DNA from: Alphaproteobacteria bacterium
Lineage (GTDB): Bacteria; Pseudomonadota; Alphaproteobacteria; SPJN01
Length of the DNA: 64,000 nucleotides
Assembly: GCA_965229935.1 (NCBI GenBank)
Contig: CBDDKB010000002.1
Coordinates: forward strand, 637,213 to 701,212
Direction of reading: 5' to 3'
Part shown: positions 49,825 through 60,262 of the stretch, piece after piece
How positions within the stretch are numbered: position 1 is the first letter of the stretch
Layout of the letters: each line of letters opens with the position of its first letter
Made by a program: the position numbers and the translations under genes
The notes under the pieces: generated by a model
Seen by the model: the letters and a program-made list of their open reading frames with translations, nothing else
Told to the model about the DNA's origin: nothing
The model's database searches: none

Positions 49825-49849
49825 CCCTTTATTTTCTAATCCAAAAGAG

Positions 49850-49882
49850 AACCCGCCCAGTTTATTTGGGCGGGTTTTTTCT
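49850..49882. terminator. Bidirectional rho-independent terminator between convergent genes.
   Basis: AACCCGCCCA-GTTTATT-TGGGCGGGTT followed by TTTTTC on the plus strand. On the minus strand the stem is followed by CTCTTTTGG. Confidence 0.6.
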
Positions 49883-49904
49883 TTCCAGCGTAAGTGATGC
49901 GCGG

Positions 49905-50402
49905 CTAAAGCTGTTTGGCAGCTTCCAACACCTCTTCCACATGTGTTTTGACCTTTACCTTGTCCCATATGGCGGCGATGGTTCCGTCTGCCTTGATCAG
50001 AAATGTTGATCTGACAATTCCCATATAGGTGCGGCCATAATTTTTCTTTTCCTGCCACACGCCATAATCTTCGCACAGACTGCCTTCTTCATCTGAAACA
50101 AGGGGGTTCTTTAGGTCTTGCTTGGCGATGAAATTATCGTGACGTTTTACAGAATCTTTTGAGGCACCAACAAGTACGACGCCAAGCTTTTCAAACTGCT
50201 TTTTGTGTTCGGTGAAACCGATATTTTCCGTCGTGCAGCCGGGCGTGCTGTCCTTTGGATAGAAGAACAGGACCAGACCCTTTTGGCCTTTTAATGAAGA
50301 AAGTGCCTCCTTCAAAGATAGAGTGCCGCCGCCATCGCGCGGCAAATCAAAGTCGGGGGCCTTATCGCCAACAGATAATGTGGTCATCATTTGCTCCGTC
50401 AA
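49905..50402 (-). CDS. bcp: Thioredoxin-dependent peroxiredoxin Bcp.
   Basis: LSVGDKAPDF...VLFFYPKDSTPGCT active-site motif. Confidence 0.85.
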   Translation of the reverse strand: MTEQMMTTLSVGDKAPDFDLPRDGGGTLSLKEALSSLKGQKGLVLFFYPKDSTPGCTTENIGFTEHKKQFEKLGVVLVGASKDSVKRHDNFIAKQDLKNPLVSDEEGSLCEDYGVWQEKKNYGRTYMGIVRSTFLIKADGTIAAIWDKVKVKTHVEEVLEAAKQL

Positions 50403-50455
50403 TGGTCGTGTGAGGTGGATATGGGAAAGGTGGTACCATGTTTGGCCGATTGCCG

Positions 50456-53422
50456 CTACAGGGCTGGCATCTCATCCGCCGGGGGTGTGTCGTCCCGGTT
50501 AGTTTGCGAAAGCCCGCCAAACTGCTTATCAAATAGAGCCTTGATGACGGATTGTTGTTGAACAAGCGCGTCAGTGATGATTTCCAGTCTTGCTTCATGG
50601 CTGTCATTTTCATCCAAATCCATGATAGCGCAAAGCTGCTTTGACAATTGCGTGGGCAGCGAGGCCAAAAGGCCACCGCTGATTTGATCTGGGTCCAAAT
50701 TGCTGCGAACGGCCATTAGCATTTTCCGGTAAAGGGCCAGCGCGTCCGCGATGTCTTGCTTGTCATGTTTGGAAAGCGGTTGTGGTGTCGTGCCGGTCAG
50801 CGCCTCTGCCTGCTGCAGGAATTCAATATCGACCAGCCCGCCCCGCACCAGCTTTACATCTGTCGGCAGCGGCGTTGCCCCTGATGCCTTATCCATTCTG
50901 TCGCGCATCATACCGATCTGGGCATGAACGTCAGCGGCAGGTAAATTGTGATGATGGACTGCCTTGTCAATAATCTCCTCAAGCTCAGCCCTGAAGTCAT
51001 CAGGCGCAGCGATGACCCGCGCTTTGCAAAGGGCCTGCCGCTCAAATATCCAGGCGTCTTTTTCATAATATGTGGCAAAGCTTTCAAGGCTTGAGGCTAT
51101 GGGGCCTTTCTTGCCTTGCGGACGCATACGCATATCAACTTCGTACAGGTGGCCTTCCGCGGTTGGGGCACCTAGGGCATTAATGATGCGTTGTGTTAGG
51201 CGATGGAAATAAAGGCCGACCGTTAGGGGCTTGTCACCATCGGACGCGCCCGCATCGGGGTCAGCCTTATAGACAAAAATTAGATCGAGGTCAGATTGCG
51301 GCGTCATTTGTTCTTCGCCCAATCGTCCAACCGCGATGATGGCAAGTGCGCCCCCTGCGACATTGCCATGTTTCAAGGCAAACTCAGCCTCGACCAGTGG
51401 TTTGAGTGTTTGGATTGTTGCGTCTGCAAGATGGGTCAGGTCTGTGGTTGCGCTGGGGGTCGGCAGGCGCGCTGACATGTGACGCGATGCGATCAAAAAC
51501 TCCAACTCGCCTTTCCATTGCCGTGTAATATCCAACTGTTCCTCATATGAACGCGCTGCGCCCAAACGGAAATGCAGGTCTTTGCGTGCCTCTTCAGTGT
51601 CATCAAGGATCGACAAAAGATGATCATCGATGAAAATATCGAGCAGGGAGGGGCGCCGCTCCAATTGGCGGCATAGGCGCGGGCTTGCTGCGATCAGCAA
51701 TGCCAGCTCCTCCAGGACCCAAGGGTGCGCCCGGATCAGTGAAAAGAATTGAACCCCTGCAGGCAGTCGCGATAAAAAATCATCAAAGCGGACAAGGGCT
51801 AGATTGGGCGCATCCGCCTTTGCCAATTCAGTAAGAATGGTGGGGGCAAGGTCTTTCGCTAGCAGGCGCGCGCGTTCTGATCGAAGGGCGCGATATGTGG
51901 CAGATTGCCAACGGTCCACAATCTCGCGCGCTGCATTTGGGTCGCTATAGCCAAGCTCAACCAACCAATCATCCGCCTGTGCGCTGCTGGCAGGCTCGCT
52001 ACTTTCCTTGCCCGTACTCAATAGGGTGTCGTAGGCTCGTCGCACGTTCGTGTCGTGAATGGCAAAAGCTGTATTGAAGTCGTCCGGACAGGAAAACCCG
52101 CAAAATTGAGCAAAGGTGGCCAGTGCGTCCGCTTGTTTCGGCAATGTCTGTGTTTGTTCGTCATTCAGCATTTGCAGACGATGTTCAACTTCGCGCAGGA
52201 ATATATAGGCTGCTGTCAAGTTCTGTTGGTCGTCGCGACTGATTATCTCTTCGTCCGCAAGCGTTTTTAGATTCTGCAGCGTTTCTCGCCCACGGAATTG
52301 CAGGTTTCTGCCGCCCAAAATCATCTGATAGGTTTGAACAAAAAATTCGATTTCGCGAATACCGCCCCGTCCCAGTTTGACATTGTGACCGATCAGATCA
52401 AGCGGCCCCTGACCATGTTGTCGCCGGATGCGGTTTGTCATTTCCTGCACATCATCGATCGCGGCAAAATCAAGCGCGCGTCGCCAGACGAACGGGCGAA
52501 TATCCATTAGAAACTGTTCCCCCAACGCAAGGTCACCGCCGATGGGCCGTGCCTTGATCATGGCAGCGCGCTCCCAATTCAAACCAGTTGATTCATAATA
52601 GCTGATCGCGGCACCCAGTGGGACAGCAAGCGGGGTTAGGCTTGAATCTGGCCGCAAACGCAAGTCTGTGCGGAAGACATAGCCATCCTCCGTCATGGAC
52701 TGGATAACTTTCACAAGATCGCGGGTCAGGGCGACAAAAAACTCAGCCGAGGTTTTGCGCCCCTGATAGGGCGTGGTTTCATCGTCATAAAGAACGATTA
52801 GGTCAATGTCGGATGAATAGTTCAGTTCATGGGCGCCGAGCTTGCCCATGGCGAGAATTATCAGGCCTGAGCCTTGAACGGGGTTGCTAGGGTCGGGCAG
52901 GGCGATGTCGCCCTTTTCATGGGCCTGTTTTAACAGAAATGTTGCGGCGGCCTGCACGCTGGCATCGGCCTGATCAGAAAGGGCCCGTGTGATGCGACCA
53001 ACGGGCCAAGTGCCGCTTAAATCGGCGAGGCTAAGGCACAAGGATAGATCAGATTTTGCCTGACGAAGTGCAGCCATCAAGGCGGACAGGCTTTCCGCAT
53101 CGGCGGCACCCCAGGCGCGATTAAGACAGTCTTCGCGAAGCGCCTCGAACGCTGATGCATCTGATGATTGGGCCGACAGGTCAGGTGCTAATTGCGCTAT
53201 GATATGGGGGCGGGTCCGTGCAAGGCGGGCCAGAAAGCTGCTGTGCGCCATGATTGTGCCAAGTTCCTTCAGCACGGTAGCATCAGGCACAGGCAGTGAT
53301 GCAGCCTCCAATGCCTTCACCAAATCGTCGCGCATCATGGCAACCCGGTTGGGGTCGGTGGCGATTGGACGGTCTAAGACTGTTGAACTTGCAGGCATTT
53401 CGGCAGGAGAATCTTTTGTCAT
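50456..53422 (-). CDS. glnE: Bifunctional glutamine synthetase adenylyltransferase/adenylyl-removing enzyme.
   Basis: 988 aa with two nucleotidyltransferase modules (GKLGAHELNYSSDIDLIVLY and GRLGEEQMTPQSDLDLIFVY). Confidence 0.9.
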   Translation of the reverse strand: MTKDSPAEMPASSTVLDRPIATDPNRVAMMRDDLVKALEAASLPVPDATVLKELGTIMAHSSFLARLARTRPHIIAQLAPDLSAQSSDASAFEALREDCLNRAWGAADAESLSALMAALRQAKSDLSLCLSLADLSGTWPVGRITRALSDQADASVQAAATFLLKQAHEKGDIALPDPSNPVQGSGLIILAMGKLGAHELNYSSDIDLIVLYDDETTPYQGRKTSAEFFVALTRDLVKVIQSMTEDGYVFRTDLRLRPDSSLTPLAVPLGAAISYYESTGLNWERAAMIKARPIGGDLALGEQFLMDIRPFVWRRALDFAAIDDVQEMTNRIRRQHGQGPLDLIGHNVKLGRGGIREIEFFVQTYQMILGGRNLQFRGRETLQNLKTLADEEIISRDDQQNLTAAYIFLREVEHRLQMLNDEQTQTLPKQADALATFAQFCGFSCPDDFNTAFAIHDTNVRRAYDTLLSTGKESSEPASSAQADDWLVELGYSDPNAAREIVDRWQSATYRALRSERARLLAKDLAPTILTELAKADAPNLALVRFDDFLSRLPAGVQFFSLIRAHPWVLEELALLIAASPRLCRQLERRPSLLDIFIDDHLLSILDDTEEARKDLHFRLGAARSYEEQLDITRQWKGELEFLIASRHMSARLPTPSATTDLTHLADATIQTLKPLVEAEFALKHGNVAGGALAIIAVGRLGEEQMTPQSDLDLIFVYKADPDAGASDGDKPLTVGLYFHRLTQRIINALGAPTAEGHLYEVDMRMRPQGKKGPIASSLESFATYYEKDAWIFERQALCKARVIAAPDDFRAELEEIIDKAVHHHNLPAADVHAQIGMMRDRMDKASGATPLPTDVKLVRGGLVDIEFLQQAEALTGTTPQPLSKHDKQDIADALALYRKMLMAVRSNLDPDQISGGLLASLPTQLSKQLCAIMDLDENDSHEARLEIITDALVQQQSVIKALFDKQFGGLSQTNRDDTPPADEMPAL

Positions 53423-53516
53423 GATAGGGCTATTTGTGCCATAGAATCGTCAATAGCCTAAACAATATTAGGCCGGTCGCGCCACACTCAGTTTTATCCA
53501 ACCGGAAGGATCACTT

Positions 53517-56500
53517 TTGCCCCGTCGTCTCATCAAGCCTGTTTCTGCGCTTTTGACCGGCAGTTTTGCCGTCTTAAGTCTCGGGCTGGTGTTGCTGGGT
53601 TGGCGCTTGTCTCAGGGGCCAATAGCGTTGACCGGGGCGGAAACCTATATCGCAGCGGCGCTAAATCAACAGCGGGATGATCTGTCCATCGCCTTGGATG
53701 AGGTTGTTATTGCCTGGAACCCCAAGGCGCTTTCGCTTGATGTGCAGCTTCACAATGTGGTTGTAACCGATCAGGAAGGCGAAGCGATTAGCATACCGCA
53801 GGCTAATGTCGGACTAAGTGGTCGGGCGTTGTTAAACGGCATGATTGCTCCCCTTCGGGTTTCCGTCAGTGATATCGCCGTGACTTTGGTCATTTATGAT
53901 GATGGGCGTTTTGCGCTTACAGGATCAGCGCCGGGAACCACTGCTGCGACGGCGCCGACACTGCCAGTTCCGGCTGAGGAACGTCAGCCTTTGTCGCCCG
54001 TGCTTTTGGCGCTTTTGTCGCCGCCTGATCGTAGCAGCCCCATCGGGTTTCTGGAGGAGTTCGAGCTGCGCAATAGTTTGTTGCTTGTCGAAAATCGGCA
54101 GACTGGTTCCAATTGGGCACTTAACTCCTCACAGATCGTGGTCAACCGCGACGATGATGGCGCGCATAGTCTGGCTGTCGGGGAGGTGTCGCGCCTGAGC
54201 TTTGCTGGCATTGCTGGCACACCGACGCCCATTGCCTGGTCAAGTAGGTTTGATCGGGATAGTGGACGGCTTGGTCTGACCCTATCGTTCGATAATTTGT
54301 CCTTGGGTGATCTTGTTGCGCAATTTACAGGGATTGACTTTCTAAGCGGGTCAGACGCGCCTGTGACCGGCAGGATGACTGGTTCTCTGTTGTTGGACCC
54401 TGAGACAGGTGCGCGATTTACAGAGCAGGAAGAAGGAATCAGCTTTGCCTTTGACTTAGGCGCGGGCCAGATTTTGGCAGGCGGCGGTCTGTTCGAAGCG
54501 CCTTTCGATATTTACGAAGGGCGTTTGGCCGGAACGATCAGCCCAGATTTTAAAACTCTAAGTGTGGATCAACTGCTTTTATCTCGTGATCCCTTTGTGA
54601 TTGAGGGGACTGCCGCCGCAATAAGCCGATCAGAAGATGAAGTCGGCTCGCTTGCTAATCCAGCGGAGTGGGAGGTGAACGCCGCTCTATCGTTAGAGGG
54701 GTTGAGCGTCCAACAGCTAAGGCAATTGTGGCCCGCGCGCGATACCGATGGCGCGCGCAAATGGGTTGCCGCCAATATGGAGGAAGGCCAGATCAGCAAT
54801 GGGCGGTTCCGACTTGCCATTCCTGCCGGGTTTTTTGGGTCGGGGGCACCCCTACCGAAAGAGGCACTTGATCTAACCTTTGATCTTAATGGCGGCGTCG
54901 CACATGTTTTCCGCCCCTTGCCGCCCTTAACCAATGCAATAGGGCGCGGGCACCTGACTGCGCGCAGCTTTACGATGAGTGGCATTGCAGGTGACATAGA
55001 CAATCTGTCGATGACCCAAGGCAGCTTTGCCATCAATGATTTTTCGGTAAAGGGCGGGCCTGCCGAAATTGCACTGACCCTATCGGGTGACTTGGCCCCG
55101 ATGATGCATTTCCTGAATAAAGACCCTTTCGGTTACCCGGGCAAGGCAGGGCTAGACCCGGATGATTTTTCGGGCAAGGCAATCGCAAATGCCATGATCT
55201 CAGTCCCCTTAACCAAAAGCGTCTCCTTTTCCGATGTCTCGCTGGACATTAAGGGGGAGGTGAGGGAGGCGACCTTGCCAAGCTTTGTTAATGGAATGGT
55301 GTTCACTGATGCTGCAATAGACATTGCTGTGACGGAAACCGGGCTAAAGGCGACGGGGCCGTTGAAGGTCAATGATGTTCCAGTAAGGGCGACTTGGACT
55401 GAAAAGTTTAACGAAGACCAAGAAAGCGGTGGCGGCACGCATATATTTGTCATGGGTGATACGGACGAGGATGCCCGTGCCCGGCTGGGCTATGACCTAA
55501 TGCCCTATGTCAAAGGGTCTGTTCCTTTGGTTGCAGACATCAGGCTCGTCCGTGGGGAAGGGGTGCGCCTGTTGCTTGATGGTGATTTCCTGAATGCGAC
55601 GGTCGATGCACCGCTCATCAACTGGCAAAAATCCCCGGGTAACTCATTGCGCGGATCTGTGGCGCTGTTCATCCCCAATGATGGCGACGGATTTTTTGTT
55701 GAGCGGGCGGAGTTCTCAGGCGATGGCGCGAGCCTGAAGGGCAATGCTCAATTCGGTGCCGGGACAGATCCAGAAGAATTGAACATTACAGAGCTAAAAG
55801 CTGGCACGACAACGGACCTTAGCATCATTACGGTGAAGGAGCCCGATGGCAGCGGCACATTGAAGATCGAGGCTGCGAAGCTTGATCTGGCGAAAGATTG
55901 GCTGTCAGAGGGGTTGGAGCTTTTCCGGTCAGAAAAAATTGCCGAGGCTGAAGCCGCAGACGGTGAAGCGGGTTCGGATAAGGAACCGGCAATCCGTCAG
56001 TTTGATTGGTGGATTGCACAGCTTTATCATGATGGCGCGCCAATTCTTGACGCTGTTGCCGGGCGCTTTACCCCCAAATCAGCCGAGGATGGGACGCAAG
56101 CCTATGCAGGCACATTAACAGCACGCATGGCCTCGAACTCTGAGCCGGAGCCGGGGTCGCCCTTGATCGTCTCGCTGAAGGCATTGCCTAAAAACGCACA
56201 ATATATTCATGCCGAAACCAAGGATGGCGGTGCGCTGTTGCGCCTGTTGGGGTTGGTCGATCAGGCGCGTGAAGGCGACCTGCTGCTTGAAGGGGTAATC
56301 CCGGACTTTGCCAGTACGGATGAGGGAGAGGGGCGATTGCGTGTCAAAGGCGTGCGCATCGTGAAATTACCGGTGCTGGCGCAGCTTATTAATGTCAGTT
56401 CTATGGCGGGCCTTGGCAATGCGCTGCAGGGCGAGGGGCTTGTCTTTGATGATATTACCGTGCCGTTCACCGTTGTTAACGGTCAGGTGCGGTTCAAAGA

Positions 56501-56921
56501 TGGCCGCGCAATCGGCCCATCCGTTGGTATTAAGGCGCGTGGGGTGATCGGCTTTGACGGGGCGATGGATGTGGATGGCACTATTGCGCCTGCCTATACG
56601 TTGAATGCAGCAATCGGCAAAATCCCCGTTATTGGGGAGTTGCTTGTCGGGGGGGAGGGGGAGGGCCTGTTTGCCGCTAACTTTGCAATCGACAGCAATG
56701 GCGATGGCAAGCCAGCGAAAATTACAGTGAATCCACTTTCGGCACTGACGCCCGGGTTCTTGCGTGGGATTTTTGGCGATACTAATCCGGCCACAAACCC
56801 CGACGCCGAAAAGAAAAAGACACTGCCCGAAAAAATGCCAGAGCTTCAGCCCGATGAATTGCCTGCACCGGGCAAGCCAGCGCCACCAGCCCCGCCGCAA
56901 CCATCTGCGCCGGGGGAATAG
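53517..56921 (+). CDS. Large AsmA/YhdP-like (DUF3971-type) envelope protein.
   Basis: 1134 aa with an N-terminal TM anchor, a long beta-rich body and a Pro-rich tail. TTG start in the track. Confidence 0.65.
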   Translation: MPRRLIKPVSALLTGSFAVLSLGLVLLGWRLSQGPIALTGAETYIAAALNQQRDDLSIALDEVVIAWNPKALSLDVQLHNVVVTDQEGEAISIPQANVGLSGRALLNGMIAPLRVSVSDIAVTLVIYDDGRFALTGSAPGTTAATAPTLPVPAEERQPLSPVLLALLSPPDRSSPIGFLEEFELRNSLLLVENRQTGSNWALNSSQIVVNRDDDGAHSLAVGEVSRLSFAGIAGTPTPIAWSSRFDRDSGRLGLTLSFDNLSLGDLVAQFTGIDFLSGSDAPVTGRMTGSLLLDPETGARFTEQEEGISFAFDLGAGQILAGGGLFEAPFDIYEGRLAGTISPDFKTLSVDQLLLSRDPFVIEGTAAAISRSEDEVGSLANPAEWEVNAALSLEGLSVQQLRQLWPARDTDGARKWVAANMEEGQISNGRFRLAIPAGFFGSGAPLPKEALDLTFDLNGGVAHVFRPLPPLTNAIGRGHLTARSFTMSGIAGDIDNLSMTQGSFAINDFSVKGGPAEIALTLSGDLAPMMHFLNKDPFGYPGKAGLDPDDFSGKAIANAMISVPLTKSVSFSDVSLDIKGEVREATLPSFVNGMVFTDAAIDIAVTETGLKATGPLKVNDVPVRATWTEKFNEDQESGGGTHIFVMGDTDEDARARLGYDLMPYVKGSVPLVADIRLVRGEGVRLLLDGDFLNATVDAPLINWQKSPGNSLRGSVALFIPNDGDGFFVERAEFSGDGASLKGNAQFGAGTDPEELNITELKAGTTTDLSIITVKEPDGSGTLKIEAAKLDLAKDWLSEGLELFRSEKIAEAEAADGEAGSDKEPAIRQFDWWIAQLYHDGAPILDAVAGRFTPKSAEDGTQAYAGTLTARMASNSEPEPGSPLIVSLKALPKNAQYIHAETKDGGALLRLLGLVDQAREGDLLLEGVIPDFASTDEGEGRLRVKGVRIVKLPVLAQLINVSSMAGLGNALQGEGLVFDDITVPFTVVNGQVRFKDGRAIGPSVGIKARGVIGFDGAMDVDGTIAPAYTLNAAIGKIPVIGELLVGGEGEGLFAANFAIDSNGDGKPAKITVNPLSALTPGFLRGIFGDTNPATNPDAEKKKTLPEKMPELQPDELPAPGKPAPPAPPQPSAPGE

Positions 56922-56922
56922 C

Positions 56923-58170
56923 TTAGGCTTCGATCAATGCGTGGCGTTTCTTGCCTGCGGACAGTTTGACGACACCGTCTGTCACCTCAGCCTCGCCGAT
57001 CATGACTTGATCATCTTGGATTGGGCCATCATTCAACTTGGCACCATTTTGTTTGATCAAACGGCGTGCCTCGCCCTTTGATTTGGCAAGGCCAGTTTCA
57101 ACCAAGGCATCAAGGATGTTGATCCCGGCAGACAATCGGTCTGCGCCCACACTAATGCGCGGCAGATCATCACCGATTGCGCCCTGTTCAAAGGTTTTTT
57201 GCGCGGTTTGTTCTGCTATCTGTGCGGCGTCGCGACCGTGAACCAAGGCAGTGATTTCATTCGCCAGTACTTTTTTGGCGTCATTAATCTCGGCACCTTC
57301 AAGCGCTTCAAGCCGGGTAACCTCGTCCATGGGCATATCAGTCAATAGACGCAGGAAGCGGCCGACATCAGCGTCATCCACATTGCGCCAATATTGCCAG
57401 AAGTCATAGGGAGCCAGCATGTCGCCATTCATCCAAACAGCGCCATCGGCGGTCTTGCCCATCTTTGCCCCGGTTGAGGTGGTGAGCAAAGGAATGGTCA
57501 GGCCGAACAGGTCAGCGCTTGTCATGCGGCGACCAAGGTCGATCCCGCTGACGATATTGCCCCATTGGTCAGACCCGCCCATCTGCAAGCTACAACCGAA
57601 CCGCTTATGCAATTCAACAAAGTCATAGGATTGCAGGATGATGTAATTGAACTCAAGGAAAGACAAAGGCTGATCACGATCAAGCCGTTGTTTAACCGAT
57701 TCAAATGTCAGCATTCGGTTGATGGAAAAATGCTTCCCAACATCACGCAGCAGATCGATATAGTTTAGATCAAGCAGCCAGTCCGCATTATCAACCAAGA
57801 CCGCATCGGTCGGCCCGTCACCAAATGTGATCAGGTTCTCAAAATTTTTGCGGATGCCTGCCTTGTTCTCTTCAATCTTTTCGGGCGTCAAAATCTGGCG
57901 CGCTGAATCCTTGCCAGACGGGTCGCCGATCCGTGTCGTGCCGCCACCCAACAGAATAATTGGCTTGTGCCCGGCCTGTTGCAGGCGTCGCATGGCCATG
58001 ATTGCCATCATCGACCCGGCGTGAAGCGACGGGGCCGTACAATCAAACCCCATATAGGCTGTAAGCGTGCCTGTAGCTGCCTTGTCATCCAAAGCATCAG
58101 CATCCGTGACCTGATTTAGGTAGCCACGTTCGTCCATCACCTTTAAAAAGTCTGACTTGTAATTTGTCAT
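56923..58170 (-). CDS. tyrS: Tyrosine-tRNA ligase.
   Basis: HIGH-type motif (PSLHAGS), KMGKT (KMSKS-type) motif and a C-terminal S4 domain. Confidence 0.95.
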   Translation of the reverse strand: MTNYKSDFLKVMDERGYLNQVTDADALDDKAATGTLTAYMGFDCTAPSLHAGSMMAIMAMRRLQQAGHKPIILLGGGTTRIGDPSGKDSARQILTPEKIEENKAGIRKNFENLITFGDGPTDAVLVDNADWLLDLNYIDLLRDVGKHFSINRMLTFESVKQRLDRDQPLSFLEFNYIILQSYDFVELHKRFGCSLQMGGSDQWGNIVSGIDLGRRMTSADLFGLTIPLLTTSTGAKMGKTADGAVWMNGDMLAPYDFWQYWRNVDDADVGRFLRLLTDMPMDEVTRLEALEGAEINDAKKVLANEITALVHGRDAAQIAEQTAQKTFEQGAIGDDLPRISVGADRLSAGINILDALVETGLAKSKGEARRLIKQNGAKLNDGPIQDDQVMIGEAEVTDGVVKLSAGKKRHALIEA

Positions 58171-58220
58171 AGTCTGTCCATCCGAATTTGGATTGGCGGT
58201 CTAACACAGGGGCTTGCCGA

Positions 58221-59330
58221 ATGGAAGCGTTGCAGCAACTGAAAGACGGGCGACCAATTCGCGCGATTGGCTTGATGAGCGGCACGTCGCTCGATGGGGT
58301 TGATGGGGCTTTGCTCGAAACAGATGGGCAGGGTCATGTTGAACCGATTTCCGCCCAGTCTCGCCCCTATACCGGCGAGGAGCGCGCAATCCTACAGGAC
58401 GCCGTGGCGACAGTTCTTGCGTGGGATGAGGTGCGCGAGGGTGAACAGGTGATAGTGCAAGCGGAACAGGTATTGCATCAAAGTCATCTGGAGATCGTTC
58501 AGGCATTGGCGGCGCAAGGGGCTGATTTGATTGGCTTTCATGGTCAAACGGTTCTGCACCGTCCGGATCGGGGTCTAACATGGCAGATAGGCGATGGGGC
58601 GCGGCTGGCGCGGGAAACAGGACTGCCGACTGTGTTTGATTTTCGCACAGCAGACATGGCAGCAGGCGGGCAGGGGGCACCCTTCGCACCGCTATACCAT
58701 GCTGCCTTGGTGGCAAAGGCGGGGCTGACCGGGCCTATTGGCATCCTCAATCTCGGGGGTGTTGCCAATATCACGATTGTCGATGGGAACAGTCTGCTTG
58801 CCTTTGATACAGGGCCCGCCAACGGGTTGTTGGATCAGTGGGTGGAGCGTGGCGGTTATGGCCGCTTTGACATGGATGGGCAGTTGGCCGCGAAGGGCGC
58901 TGTCGATCAAACGGCGTTGGCGCGATTGATGGCGCATCCTTATTTTGCACAAACGCCGCCTAAAAGCCTTGATCGGTATGATTTTGATCTGTCTGCGGTT
59001 GCTGGGCTGTCATTGCCCGATGGCGCTGCGACACTCACCGCCTTTACCGCTGCAACAATTGCTCAGGCGATCAGCCAATTGTCTGCGCCCCCGCGGCAAC
59101 TGGTGGCATCAGGTGGCGGCAGTAACAATCCGGTTATGCTGGAGATGATCAGCCAGCGCACCGGGTGTGCAATCACTTCAGCGAGTTCGCTGGGCTGGAA
59201 TGCCGACGCGGTAGAGGCGCAATGCTTTGCCTATTTGGCAGCCCGTTCCGTGCGGGGTTTGCCCCTGTCAGTGCCGGGGACAACAGGGGTGTCCGCCGCC
59301 CAAACAGGTGGGCGGTTGGTGCTACCCTAA
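58221..59330 (+). CDS. anmK: Anhydro-N-acetylmuramic acid kinase.
   Basis: IGLMSGTSLDGVDGALLETDG N-terminus. ATG at 58221. Confidence 0.85.
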   Translation: MEALQQLKDGRPIRAIGLMSGTSLDGVDGALLETDGQGHVEPISAQSRPYTGEERAILQDAVATVLAWDEVREGEQVIVQAEQVLHQSHLEIVQALAAQGADLIGFHGQTVLHRPDRGLTWQIGDGARLARETGLPTVFDFRTADMAAGGQGAPFAPLYHAALVAKAGLTGPIGILNLGGVANITIVDGNSLLAFDTGPANGLLDQWVERGGYGRFDMDGQLAAKGAVDQTALARLMAHPYFAQTPPKSLDRYDFDLSAVAGLSLPDGAATLTAFTAATIAQAISQLSAPPRQLVASGGGSNNPVMLEMISQRTGCAITSASSLGWNADAVEAQCFAYLAARSVRGLPLSVPGTTGVSAAQTGGRLVLP

Positions 59331-59349
59331 AATCAACCTGTTGTTTGTT

Positions 59350-60012
59350 CTATTTGCCGCCTGCGGCGTCAATTTCAGGCATCCGCCGATCAAGATAGGT
59401 ATCTATCTGGGTGCGGACGTCAGCGATGTTGGCTTCAAAGAAATGATTGGCACCATCGACCAGCACATGATCAATGGTGATATCTTTCTGCGCCGTTAGC
59501 CGTTCTGCCAAAGCGGCCGCGTCTGCGGGGGGCACAACCTTGTCTTCCGTGCCAGAGATAAACAGCCCGGATGACGGGCAGGGGGCCAGGAAGGTGAAGT
59601 CATACAGGTTTGCAGGCGGCGCGATTGAGATGAAGCCTGAGATTTCCGGGCGGCGCATCAACAATTGCATACCGATCCATGCGCCAAAGGAAAAACCTGT
59701 GACCCAGCATTGACGGGCGTTGGGGTTTTCCTGCTGCAACCAATCAAGGGCTGAGGCAGCATCAGATAGTTCGCCGACGCCTTCATCAAATTCGCCCTGA
59801 CTGCGGCCTACACCGCGAAAGTTAAAGCGCAGGACAGAAAAGCCACGCTTTACAAAGGTTTCATAGGCCTGAAATACAACCTTATTGTTCATGGAGCCGC
59901 CAAAACGCGGATGCGGGTGCAAAATAATCGCGATCGGCGGGTTGTCGCCGGGGCCACGCTGGTAACGTCCATCTAGGCGGCCTTCAGGGCCGGGAAAAAT
60001 CACCTCAGGCAT
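59350..60012 (-). CDS. Alpha/beta hydrolase (COG2945-like).
   Basis: Nucleophile elbow GFSFGA. ATG at 60012 is preceded by GGAG. Confidence 0.7.
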   Translation of the reverse strand: MPEVIFPGPEGRLDGRYQRGPGDNPPIAIILHPHPRFGGSMNNKVVFQAYETFVKRGFSVLRFNFRGVGRSQGEFDEGVGELSDAASALDWLQQENPNARQCWVTGFSFGAWIGMQLLMRRPEISGFISIAPPANLYDFTFLAPCPSSGLFISGTEDKVVPPADAAALAERLTAQKDITIDHVLVDGANHFFEANIADVRTQIDTYLDRRMPEIDAAGGK

Positions 60013-60108
60013 GGGAAACTCCAATCAGGCAGCGATTTAGCTGAGTAAATTTGTCGCCTATTTCAGAAAAACCGCAGAATTAAACCATTTTGACCCGGTT
60101 ATATTCTT

Positions 60109-60121
60109 GACTATTTTAGTC
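60109..60121 (+). promoter_or_regulatory. Candidate IscR/Rrf2 operator upstream of iscR.
   Basis: GACTA-TTT-TAGTC perfect inverted repeat. A second TTTAGTCG occurs at about 60176-60183. Both lie 80-150 bp upstream of the iscR ATG. Confidence 0.35.
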
Positions 60122-60262
60122 GTGAATTGTTAAATCTGGGCTAGATGGTAGGCAATTTGCGGCAATTTGATTTATTTAGTCGCGGTTATAGCTTTGTCTG
60201 CCATGTTTTCTCAAGAGACAAAGCATCGCGGGGCTTCAGCTTTTGATGCAGGATGGACTGAC

